Shown here: positions 56,034 to 64,000 of the stretch, piece after piece
Layout of the letters: each line of letters begins with the position of its first letter
How positions within the stretch are numbered: the stretch's first letter is position 1
DNA from: an uncultured Solirubrobacteraceae bacterium
GTDB taxonomy: Bacteria > Actinomycetota > Thermoleophilia > Solirubrobacterales > Solirubrobacteraceae
DNA: 64,000 nucleotides
Direction of reading: 5' to 3'
Assembly: GCA_963723265.1 (NCBI GenBank)
Contig: CAVRPY010000004.1
Span: forward strand, 167,063-231,062
The notes under the pieces: model-generated
Database searches by the model: none
Seen by the model: the letters and a program-made list of their open reading frames with translations, nothing else
What the model was told of the DNA's origin: nothing
Program-made: the position numbers and the translations under genes

Positions 56034-56372
56034 GTCTCTCTCCTCGCGATGGATGGCTTGGGCGACGCTACACGGGCACGGATGCGCACGGCTACGTCGA
56101 GTGGCGCGGTGCCGCGGTACTCGGCGGCGGCGTCGACGAGCCAGAGCGCCAGATGCTCGGCGAACGATGCACGCACGAGCACAGGGACGCGGCGGACGCG
56201 AGGGAGCTCAAGTCGTCGCGCTGCGGCCCGCAGCACGACAGCGCAGCGCGCCAGCTCGGTGGACGCGCAGCGGCCCGGTGCCGTCCCAGTCGAGAAGCGT
56301 GGCCCATCGCAGGCGCGACGCGAAGACTCTCGGCGACGCGGGGACTCGCCGTCGGAGCCAGCAGGCTGCGCG

Positions 56373-56414
56373 CGTCTCGCCCAGCAGACTGCCGCGCCCG
56401 GCTCCACGCCCCGC
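56373..56414 (+). repeat. Direct repeat copy B
   Basis: Matches 55224-55268 except for a 3-bp indel. Confidence 0.75.
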
Positions 56415-56764
56415 CCGGCGCCCCTACCCCGCCTCGGCCCAGAGACGGCTGAGGCGGAGCGCCTTCAAGGGCGGAGGTCGGCGGTGCGGGCGGCCGATAA
56501 GCGACCGGCTGAATCGACTTGTACCGGGGCCGATCTCGCCCGAGCGTGATGTGCATAGCAACCGGAAAGAGAGTCGGCGTTGTCGGAGTCACGCATCCCA
56601 ACCTCGCCGTAGACGCTGCGCGCCTCGCGCGCATTCAGCGAGTTCAGGACGTCATCGAACGTCGGAGCTTCCGTGGCGCGAGCGTAGGGACGCGAGCGGA
56701 CGCGAGCGACGTACAGAGGGACGCGGGCGAATTGTTGCCTCCCGGCGGACCGCCCCTAGACAGT

Positions 56765-56793
56765 GAAAAACCCGCCGTCTCCAGCGGGCTTTC
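56765..56793 (-). terminator. Terminator downstream of tRNA-Val
   Basis: Minus strand gaaagcccgc-tggagacg-gcgggtttttc. Confidence 0.7.
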
Positions 56794-56800
56794 TGTGAGG

Positions 56801-56873
56801 TGGGCGATACTGGGCTCGAACCAGTGACCTCCGCCTTGTCGAGGCGGCGCTCTCCCAGCTGAGCTAATCGCCC
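56801..56873 (-). tRNA. tRNA-Val(GAC)
   Basis: GGGCGATTAGCTCAGCTGGGAGAGCG CCGCC-TCGACAA-GGCGG AGGTC ACTGGTTCGAGCCCAGT ATCGCCCA cloverleaf. Confidence 0.96.
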
Positions 56874-56963
56874 TCAGCTGTGGCGCCGTAGGGTAGCAAC
56901 GCGCGAGTGCGGTCGGCGCACGACGAGCCGCGCCGCACGGGCGATAGCCTGAGGCGACGACCT

Positions 56964-57034
56964 GGCGACGTGGCGGAGTGGCTACGCAGCGGCCTGCAAA
57001 GCCGTGTACACCGGTTCGATTCCGGTCGTCGCCT
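56964..57034 (+). tRNA. tRNA-Cys(GCA)
   Basis: GGCGACGTGGCGGAGTGGCTACGCA GCGGC-CTGCAAA-GCCGT GTAC ACCGGTTCGATTCCGGT CGTCGCCT. Confidence 0.96.
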
Positions 57035-57202
57035 CTGACGCGATCCTCGCCCTGAGCAGGCACAACCCCGCGCTCGGGGCGAGCGATCGCGGACACGACG
57101 TGTCCGTGTCGCGGTTGTCCCGACAGGTCGCCTCGCGCAGTACCCCAGGCCGACCGCCCTCACCGCACCTCGGAGGCCGGAGGACCGCAACGAGGGTGCT
57201 CC

Positions 57203-57781
57203 CTATCCGCGATCCCAGATCGTGTCGGTCACGACGGCGACGAACTGGGAGACCGCGTCCGTGTCGTTGCGAAACGCATGCGGCCGGCGGCCCGACCAGA
57301 CGCCGCTGTCGCCCGCGTTCATGACGTACTCATCGCCGTCGTACACCAGCACGATGGACCCGACCGGCACGTAGAGGATGTCGATGCCCGCGTGGGTCAT
57401 GGCGTCGCGAAAGGCGGCGCGCGGCTCGAACGTCACCGTGATGAGCTCGAAGTCGACGCCCGGCAGCCGGAGGCGCCGGTAGTCGATCCCGTCGCCGCGG
57501 TCCACGGCGATGCGCTCGTCGCTGGAGAGGAACTGCGGCGGCGACGCCTGCGAGAGGTAGGTCAGCAGGGAGGCGGCGTCCATGTCGAACGCCGCCGCGA
57601 TGCGCGACAGCCGGCCGACCGAGATGTCGGACTTCCCGCGCTCGACGGCGCTGATGAACGAGGCGGACAGCCCGCAGACCGACGCCAGCTCGTCGAGGCT
57701 CATGCCGTGCTTGCGCCGCAGGAGGCCGATGACCGCCCCGACCTCGTCCTCTTCTCGTTTGACCGGCGCGCGCTGGGCCAT
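57203..57781 (-). CDS. XRE-family HTH + cupin regulator
   Basis: MSLDELA...LS.SFIS.VERG.SD.S...L.RIA; cupin HAG...H.F.N. Confidence 0.88.
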   Translation of the reverse strand: MAQRAPVKREEDEVGAVIGLLRRKHGMSLDELASVCGLSASFISAVERGKSDISVGRLSRIAAAFDMDAASLLTYLSQASPPQFLSSDERIAVDRGDGIDYRRLRLPGVDFELITVTFEPRAAFRDAMTHAGIDILYVPVGSIVLVYDGDEYVMNAGDSGVWSGRRPHAFRNDTDAVSQFVAVVTDTIWDRG

Positions 57782-57786
57782 TACTC

Positions 57787-57820
57787 TGCGAAATATAGCT
57801 TCGGGGGGCAGTATTTCGCA
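57787..57820. promoter_or_regulatory. Inverted repeat TGCGAAATA-N16-TATTTCGCA, likely XRE operator
   Basis: Perfect 9-bp IR in the 59-bp divergent spacer. Confidence 0.65.
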
Positions 57821-57840
57821 AGAGAGCGGGAGGTAGCGGC

Positions 57841-60800
57841 ATGAAGCGCATCGGCGTCGACGTCGGCGGGACGTTCACCGATCTGATCCTCGTCGACGAG
57901 GAGGCGGGGCGGATCACGGTCGACAAGATCGCCTCGACCCCTGATGACCCCTCCCGCGCCGTGGTCGACGGCGTACGCCGGCTGTGCGAGCGCGCCGGCG
58001 TGGCGCTGTCGGAGATCGGCGGCCTCCTGCACGGAACCACGGTGGCGACGAACATCGTGCTCACCAACACCGGCGCCGAGACGGGCATGCTCACGACCGA
58101 GGGCTTCCGGGACATCGTCCACATCGCGCGCCACAAGCGGCCGTACAACTTCTCGCTGCAGCAGGAGCTGCCATGGCAGTCGCGCCCCCTGGTCAAGCGC
58201 CGCCACCGGCTCACGGTCGCCGAGCGCGTGACGGCGCCCCACGGCGAGGTCATCACGCCGCTGGACGAGGAGCAGGCGCGCGCTCAGGCGCGGGCGCTGC
58301 GCGACGCGGGCGTCGAGTCGATCTCGATCTGCCTGCTGCACTCCTACCTCAACCCGGAGCACGAGCGCCGCATCAAGGAGATCGTGCTCGAGGAGCACCC
58401 CGGCGCCTACCTGTCGGTCTCGCACGAGATCCTGCCGCTGTATCGCGAGTTCGAGCGCTTCTCGACGGTCAACCTCAACGCGTACGTCGGGCCGAAGGTC
58501 GCACGCTATGTGTCGCGGCTGGACGCCGTCCTGGCCGAGGAGGGCTTCGAGCACGGCGTGCAGCTCATGCAGTCATCGGGCGGCCTGACGACGGTCGAGG
58601 TGGCGGCGCAGCGGCCGGTCACGCTGCTCATGTCGGGCATCGTGGCGGGCCTGCTCGGCGGGATCTGGGTCGGGCGGATGGCCGGGCACCCGAGCGTCGT
58701 CACGCTCGACATGGGCGGCACGTCGGCCGACATCGGCGTCGCCGCGGGCGGCGAGCTGCGCATGCGCCACCTGCTCGACACGAAGATCGGCGACTACCAG
58801 GCGATGGTGCCCATGGTCGACATCGACACCATCGGCGCGGGCGGCGGGTCCATCGCCTACGTCGACGACGGCGGCGTGTTCCGTGTCGGCCCGCAGTCCG
58901 CGGGCGCCGATCCCGGGCCCGCCTGCTACGGACGCGGCGGGACCGACCCGACCTCGACCGATGCGCTGCTCCTGCTCGGCCGGCTGCGCCCCGAGCGCGG
59001 GCTGCTCGGGGGCGACATGCACCTGGACGCCGAGCGGGCGCGCCAGGCGTTCCAGCCACTGGCCGACACGCTCGGGATGTCCGTCGAAGAGGCCGCGCTC
59101 GGGGCACTGCAGATCCAGCGCTTCGGCATGACGCAGGCCATCGAGCTCAACTCCGTGCGCCGCGGCTACGACCCGCGCGACTTCGCCCTCGTCGCGGCCG
59201 GCGGCGCCGGCGCGCTGTTCGCCTGCGAGATCGCGCAGGAGCTCGAGATCCCGACCGTCCTCGTCCCGCCGCATCCGGGCATCACCTCGGCGACCGGCCT
59301 GCTCACGACGGACCTGCACCACGAGTTCGTCGCGACCGACCGCCACGCGCTCGAGGACCTCGATCACGCCCGGCTGCAGGAGCGCATCGACGACATCTCC
59401 CGCGAGGCCGCGCAGCGCCTCGTCGACGACGGCTTCGCCGAGGACCGGCGCCTCGTGCGCCTGTTCGTCGAGTGTCGCTACGCCGGCCAGGGCTACGAGG
59501 TCCGCTGCGACGCGCCCGCGGGCCGGGTCGACGCCGAGTGGGTCGACCGGCTGCGCGAGAGCTTCCACGCCGCCCACGAGGCCGAGTACGGGCACCGCTT
59601 CGACGCGCCCGTGGAGCTCATCAACCTCCACGCCGTCGGGATCGGCGCGATCGACGAGCTCGCGTGGCCCGAGCTCGAGGCCGGCGACGGCGACCCGTCC
59701 CGCGCGCGCACGCTCGAGCGCGACGTGGTGTTCGACGTCGAGGGGGCGCCGCAGCAACTGGCGACGCCGTTCTTCGACCGCGACCTGCTGCGCGCGGGCG
59801 ACCGGATCTCGGGGCCCGCCGTCATCGAGCAGTACGACTCCACGACGGTCGTGCCCCCCGGCTTCGAGGCGGAGATCGACCGGTTCGGCAACATCGCCAT
59901 CACCACGCCGACCGCGGCCGCGGCGGCATCCGCTCTGTCGACGCCGATCCTCATGCGCGTCATCGGCGGCGCGCTGGCGTCGATCGCCAAGGAGATGGCC
60001 GGCGTCCTGTTCCGGATGTCGTACTCGTCGATCATCCGCGAGTCCGAGGACCTCGGCGCCGGGCTGTTCGACGCGGAGGGCAACGTGCTGTCGGAGTCGG
60101 ACTCGACGCCCATGTTCATGGGCGCGATGCCGAAGATCGTCAAGAACGTCATCCGCCTGCTCGGCGACGACATCCACGACGGCGACATCATCGTCCACAA
60201 CGATCCCTATGGCGGGGCCACCCACTCGCCCGACCTGGCGATCGTCGTGCCGATCTTCCACGATGGCCGGCTGGCCGGCTTCTCGGGCGCCTCCGCGCAT
60301 CTGCTCGACATCGGCGGCGCCTACCCGGGCATCGCCGTCGACCTCGTCGACCGCTGGTCGGAGGGCAGCATCTTCCAGGCGGTCAAGCTGTCGGAGAAGG
60401 GCGTGCGCCAGGAGGCGCTGTGGCGCCACATGCTCGCCAACATGCGCACGCCGACGCAGAACAAGGGCGACCTCGAGGCGATGATCGCCGCGTGCGAGCT
60501 GGCCAAGCGGCGCTTCCTCGAGCTGCTGGGCAAGTACGGCGCGGACACGGTCCTCGACGCGGCGGAAGGCTGGCTGGACTACTCCGAGCGGATGCTGCGC
60601 CAGGAGATCGCCGCGCTGCCCGACGGCGTCTACGAGACCGAGACGGGCTGGCTGGACGACGACGGCGTCAACCGCGGCGTGAAGCTGCCGGTGAAGGTGA
60701 AGGTCATCGTCAAGGGCGACGAGCTCACGTTCGACCTGACCGGGTCGTCGGACGCGGTGCCGACCGGATTCAACTGCCCGTTCGAGGGCACGACCGTCTC

Positions 60801-61695
60801 GGCGATGACGTTCATCGCCCGGATGGTCTTCCTCGACGAGGAGGCCTATCCGGTGTTCGTGCCGCAGAACGAGGGCATGCTGCGCCCGGTCGAGGTGGTG
60901 GCGCCGAAGGGGTCGATCTTCAACCCGGAGTTCCCGCGCGCCTGCTTCGCCCGGTTCTGCCAGGTCCAGCGCGCCGTCGACCTCGTGCTGCGGGCGCTCG
61001 CCCCGGTCGCCCCGGAGCGGGTCACAGCCGGCAACTCCGCCCACCTGCATTTCCTGTCGTACTCCGGGTTCGCCCAGGAGACCGGCGAGTACTGGGTGTA
61101 CCTGGAGGTCAACGAGGGCTCCTACGGCGGCCGTCACCATCGCGACGGCCTCGACTCCGTCGACTCCCTCATCGCCAACACGCGCAACAACCCGATCGAG
61201 GAGCTCGAGTGGCGCTTCCCGATGCGCACCGAGCGCTACGAGCTGCGCGACCACGAGGTGGCCGCCGGCGAGTGGCGCGGCGGCCTCGGCGTGGTGCGGG
61301 TCAACCGCTTCCTCGTCGACACGGTCGTCAGCTGCGAGGGCGAGCGTCAGGAGTCCGATCCGCCGTGGGGCATCTTCGGCGGCCACGAGGGGCGCAACGC
61401 GGCGCTCGTGAAGAACGCCGGCGGCGAGGGTGAAGAGGCCTGGCCCGCGAAGGTCACCGGCTTCACGCTGGCCGCCGGCGACGCGCTGGAGATCACCACC
61501 CCCAGCTCGGGCGGCTTCGGCGACCCGCTGGCCCGCGACCCCGCGCGCGTGCTCGACGACGTCCTCGACGACCTGACCACGATCGCGGCGGCCGAGCGCG
61601 ACTACGGCGTCGTGATCGACGCCGACACGATGACCATCGACGAGGCCGCCACGGCGCAGCGCCGCAGCGGCGCGACGGCCCCGGCCGCGTCCTGA
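57841..61695 (+). CDS. Fused HyuA-HyuB ATP-dependent hydantoinase/oxoprolinase (probable N-methylhydantoinase)
   Basis: GVDVGGTFTD, HGTTVATN, DMGGTS.D, GAGGGS, GPQSAGADPGPACYG; B domain S.IIRE..D, NDPY.G.TH.PD, GEWRGG.G, GGFGDP. Confidence 0.9.
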   Translation: MKRIGVDVGGTFTDLILVDEEAGRITVDKIASTPDDPSRAVVDGVRRLCERAGVALSEIGGLLHGTTVATNIVLTNTGAETGMLTTEGFRDIVHIARHKRPYNFSLQQELPWQSRPLVKRRHRLTVAERVTAPHGEVITPLDEEQARAQARALRDAGVESISICLLHSYLNPEHERRIKEIVLEEHPGAYLSVSHEILPLYREFERFSTVNLNAYVGPKVARYVSRLDAVLAEEGFEHGVQLMQSSGGLTTVEVAAQRPVTLLMSGIVAGLLGGIWVGRMAGHPSVVTLDMGGTSADIGVAAGGELRMRHLLDTKIGDYQAMVPMVDIDTIGAGGGSIAYVDDGGVFRVGPQSAGADPGPACYGRGGTDPTSTDALLLLGRLRPERGLLGGDMHLDAERARQAFQPLADTLGMSVEEAALGALQIQRFGMTQAIELNSVRRGYDPRDFALVAAGGAGALFACEIAQELEIPTVLVPPHPGITSATGLLTTDLHHEFVATDRHALEDLDHARLQERIDDISREAAQRLVDDGFAEDRRLVRLFVECRYAGQGYEVRCDAPAGRVDAEWVDRLRESFHAAHEAEYGHRFDAPVELINLHAVGIGAIDELAWPELEAGDGDPSRARTLERDVVFDVEGAPQQLATPFFDRDLLRAGDRISGPAVIEQYDSTTVVPPGFEAEIDRFGNIAITTPTAAAAASALSTPILMRVIGGALASIAKEMAGVLFRMSYSSIIRESEDLGAGLFDAEGNVLSESDSTPMFMGAMPKIVKNVIRLLGDDIHDGDIIVHNDPYGGATHSPDLAIVVPIFHDGRLAGFSGASAHLLDIGGAYPGIAVDLVDRWSEGSIFQAVKLSEKGVRQEALWRHMLANMRTPTQNKGDLEAMIAACELAKRRFLELLGKYGADTVLDAAEGWLDYSERMLRQEIAALPDGVYETETGWLDDDGVNRGVKLPVKVKVIVKGDELTFDLTGSSDAVPTGFNCPFEGTTVSAMTFIARMVFLDEEAYPVFVPQNEGMLRPVEVVAPKGSIFNPEFPRACFARFCQVQRAVDLVLRALAPVAPERVTAGNSAHLHFLSYSGFAQETGEYWVYLEVNEGSYGGRHHRDGLDSVDSLIANTRNNPIEELEWRFPMRTERYELRDHEVAAGEWRGGLGVVRVNRFLVDTVVSCEGERQESDPPWGIFGGHEGRNAALVKNAGGEGEEAWPAKVTGFTLAAGDALEITTPSSGGFGDPLARDPARVLDDVLDDLTTIAAAERDYGVVIDADTMTIDEAATAQRRSGATAPAAS

Positions 61696-61722
61696 ACCGA
61701 CCCAGACGGAAAGGAGCCGACC

Positions 61723-62418
61723 ATGGCCACGCAGACAGACCTGCAGGCGATGCTGGACGAGGTGTTCTCGGCCGACTCGACGATCTACCAGGGGCGCGGC
61801 TTCCAGCGCCGCGTCGGCTTCGGCCAGCGGCCCGCGCTCATCCACATCGACCTCGCGAACGCCTGGACGCGCCCGGGTCACGCGTTCAGCTGCAACGACA
61901 TGGACGACCAGATCATCCCGGCCGTCCAGCGCCTGAACGCGGCGGCGCGCCCCAAGGGCGTCCCGATCGTCTACACGACCACCGCGTTCGAGGTCACCGA
62001 GGGACCCAACTCCGACATGGGCATCTGGAACCGCAAGATCCCGCTGGAGGAGCTCCACGTCGGCACCGAGGCCGTCGCGATCGACGACCGGATCGCGCCC
62101 GCGCCGGGCGAGCTCGTCATCACCAAGAAGCGGGCGAGCGCGTTCCACGGCACGAACCTGTCGTCGTTTCTGACCGCCCATCAGGTCGACACGATCATCG
62201 TCACCGGCGTGACGATGGCCGGCTGCGTCCGCCACACCGTCGAGGACGGGATCGCCGAGGGGTTCGCCCCGATCGTCGTGCGCGAGGCGGTCGGCGACCG
62301 CGTTCCCGGCGTCGTCGAATGGAACCTCTTCGACATCGACGCGAAGTTCGGCGACGTCGAGTCGGTCGACACCGTCGTGGACTACCTCGAGAAGCTGCCG
62401 GTCGCCGACGGCCGATGA
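61723..62418 (+). CDS. Isochorismatase family, probable N-carbamoylsarcosine amidase
   Basis: [27 protein letters not shown]...[19 protein letters not shown]; directly upstream of sarcosine oxidase. Confidence 0.85.
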   Translation: MATQTDLQAMLDEVFSADSTIYQGRGFQRRVGFGQRPALIHIDLANAWTRPGHAFSCNDMDDQIIPAVQRLNAAARPKGVPIVYTTTAFEVTEGPNSDMGIWNRKIPLEELHVGTEAVAIDDRIAPAPGELVITKKRASAFHGTNLSSFLTAHQVDTIIVTGVTMAGCVRHTVEDGIAEGFAPIVVREAVGDRVPGVVEWNLFDIDAKFGDVESVDTVVDYLEKLPVADGR

Positions 62419-62431
62419 CGGGCGCCCACCG

Positions 62432-63659
62432 ATGCGCGCGCATGATCCGCACGGCCCGGAGCACCTGACCCGGCTGTGGCGCAACCCCGAGCCGAGGCGC
62501 GCCTACGACGTCGTCATCGTCGGCGCCGGCGGCCACGGACTGGCGACCGCCTACTACCTGGCCAAGAACCATGGCATCACGGACGTCGCGGTGGTCGACC
62601 GGCGCTGGCTCGGCGGGGGCAACATGGCCCGCAACACGACGATCATCCGGTCGAACTACCTGTGGGACGAGAGCGCGGGGCTCTACGACCACTCGCTGCG
62701 GCTGTGGGAGGGGCTCAGCGAGGAGCTGGACTACGACGTCCTGTTCAGCCGGCGCGGGGTGCTGAACCTGGCCCACAGCCTGCAGGACGTGCGTGACTCG
62801 GTCCGCCGCGTGGAGGCCAACCGGCTCGAACGGCGTCGACGGCGAGTGGCTGGAGCCGGAGCAGGTCAAGGAGATCTGCCCGATCGTCGACGTCTCGCCG
62901 CAGCCCCGCTATCCGGTCCTCGGCGCGACCTACCAGGCCCGGGGCGGGATCGCCAAGCACGACCGGGTCGCGTGGGGGTACGCCCGGGCCGCGGACGCCC
63001 TCGGCGTCGACCTCATCCAGGACTGCGAGGTCACCGGGATCCAGGTCGACGCCGGCCGGGTCACGGGGCTGCGGACGTCGCGGGGCGCGATCGCCGCCGG
63101 GAGGGTCGCGCTCTGCGCCGCCGGACGCTCGTCGCTGCTGGCCGAGATGGTGGGCCTGCGCCTGCCGCTGCAGAGCCACCCGCTGCAGGCGCTGGTGTCC
63201 GAGCTGCTCGAGCCCGTGCAGCCCACGGTCGTCATGTCCAACGCGGTGCACGTGTACGTCAGCCAGGCGCACAAGGGCGAGCTCGTCATGGGCGCCGGCA
63301 TCGACGCGTACAACTCGTACGCCCAGCGCGGCTCCTTCGCGATCGTCCAGCGCCAGATGGCCGCCGCGCTCGAGCTCTTCCCCATCTTCGCCCGCGCGCG
63401 GATCCTGCGCACGTGGGCGGGCACGGTGGACGTCTCGCCGGATGCGTCGCCGATCGTCGGGCTGACGCCGATCGACGACCTGTACCTCAACTGCGGCTGG
63501 GGAACCGGAGGGTTCAAGGCCACGCCCAGCGCCGGCTGGCTGCTCGCCCACACGATCGCCACCGGCGAGCCGCACCCCCTCAACGCCCCGTACACCCTCG
63601 ACCGCTTCTCGACGGGCGCGCTGATCGACGAGCACGGCGCCGCCGCGGTCGCGCACTGA
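62432..63659 (+). CDS. soxB: Sarcosine oxidase beta subunit (one frameshift near 62825)
   Basis: [66 protein letters not shown]. Confidence 0.93.
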
Positions 63660-63672
63660 GGAGGCGGACCGC

Positions 63673-63945
63673 ATGCTCCTGATCGACTGCCCCTGGTGCG
63701 GGCCCCGGGAGGAGGGCGAGTACCGCTACGGCGGACAGGCGGGCGTCGCCTACCCACGCGACCCACACGCGCTCACCGACGAGGAGTGGGCGCAGTACGT
63801 CTTCTTCCGCGCCAACCCGTGCGGCCCGTTCACCGAGCGCTGGTGCCATGTGGTGGGCTGCCGCCGCTGGTTTCAGGTGGTCCGCGACACGGCCACCGAC
63901 GAGATCCTCCACGTGGAGGCGCCCGCCGAGCCTGGTGCGACATGA
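63673..63945 (+). CDS. soxD: Sarcosine oxidase delta subunit
   Basis: [17 protein letters not shown]...ERWCH..GCRRWF...RDT. Confidence 0.93.
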   Translation: MLLIDCPWCGPREEGEYRYGGQAGVAYPRDPHALTDEEWAQYVFFRANPCGPFTERWCHVVGCRRWFQVVRDTATDEILHVEAPAEPGAT

Positions 63946-64000
63946 GCCGGTCCCTGCGCCTCCCGGCCGGCGGGCACGTGGATCGCGACGCTCCCCTGTC
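63942..64000 (+). CDS. soxA: Start of sarcosine oxidase alpha subunit (partial)
   Basis: ATGA overlap; [18 protein letters not shown] matches SoxA N-termini and the soxBDA gene order. Confidence 0.65.
   Translation, partial: MSRSLRLPAGGHVDRDAPL

Noticed and set aside
56034-56760. Protein-coding gene or integrase next to tRNA-Val
   Set aside because: ORFs here are low-complexity with no recognisable motifs, and no recombinase signature was seen.

Overview
Very GC-rich actinobacterial DNA, probably Thermoleophilia/Solirubrobacterales (inferred from protein style and many apparently leaderless genes). Indels cluster in blocks (about 2-7 kb, 32.7-43.7 kb and 49.8-53 kb) and also break essential genes, so they are read as sequencing or consensus errors; coordinates of broken genes are reconstructed. 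In order, the window holds: (1) the thrS-infC-rpmI-rplT-trmH-pheS-pheT translation cluster; (2) Rpf, aminotransferase, GNAT and crotonase genes; (3) a cell-surface glycan locus with Wzm/Wzt, a glycerol-1-phosphate-dehydrogenase-like enzyme, a cytidylyltransferase and two CDP-alcohol phosphotransferases; (4) a tandem-repeat surface protein, MarR-MFS-Ntn hydrolase and a GGDEF protein; (5) a ~16 kb aerobic Mo-Cu CO dehydrogenase super-cluster; (6) AraC/MetE-like genes and a cyclic-amide hydrolase operon; (7) a small accessory patch beside tRNA-Val and tRNA-Cys; and (8) an N-methylhydantoinase, N-carbamoylsarcosine amidase and sarcosine oxidase operon. The cox cluster is the most notable part. It has two form I CoxL (AYRCSFR and AYACSFR), two CoxM, two CoxS and a CutR-like LysR with a matching operator. 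Its unexplained accessory genes are five translationally coupled, similarly built single-TM plus coiled-coil small proteins, a stand-alone degenerate CoxL sub-domain, a YceI plus anchorless CoxG pair, and two tiny Cys/His metal-binding proteins. Together these may form an undescribed membrane-stalk or quinone-shuttle and maturation module for CO oxidation (hypothesis).
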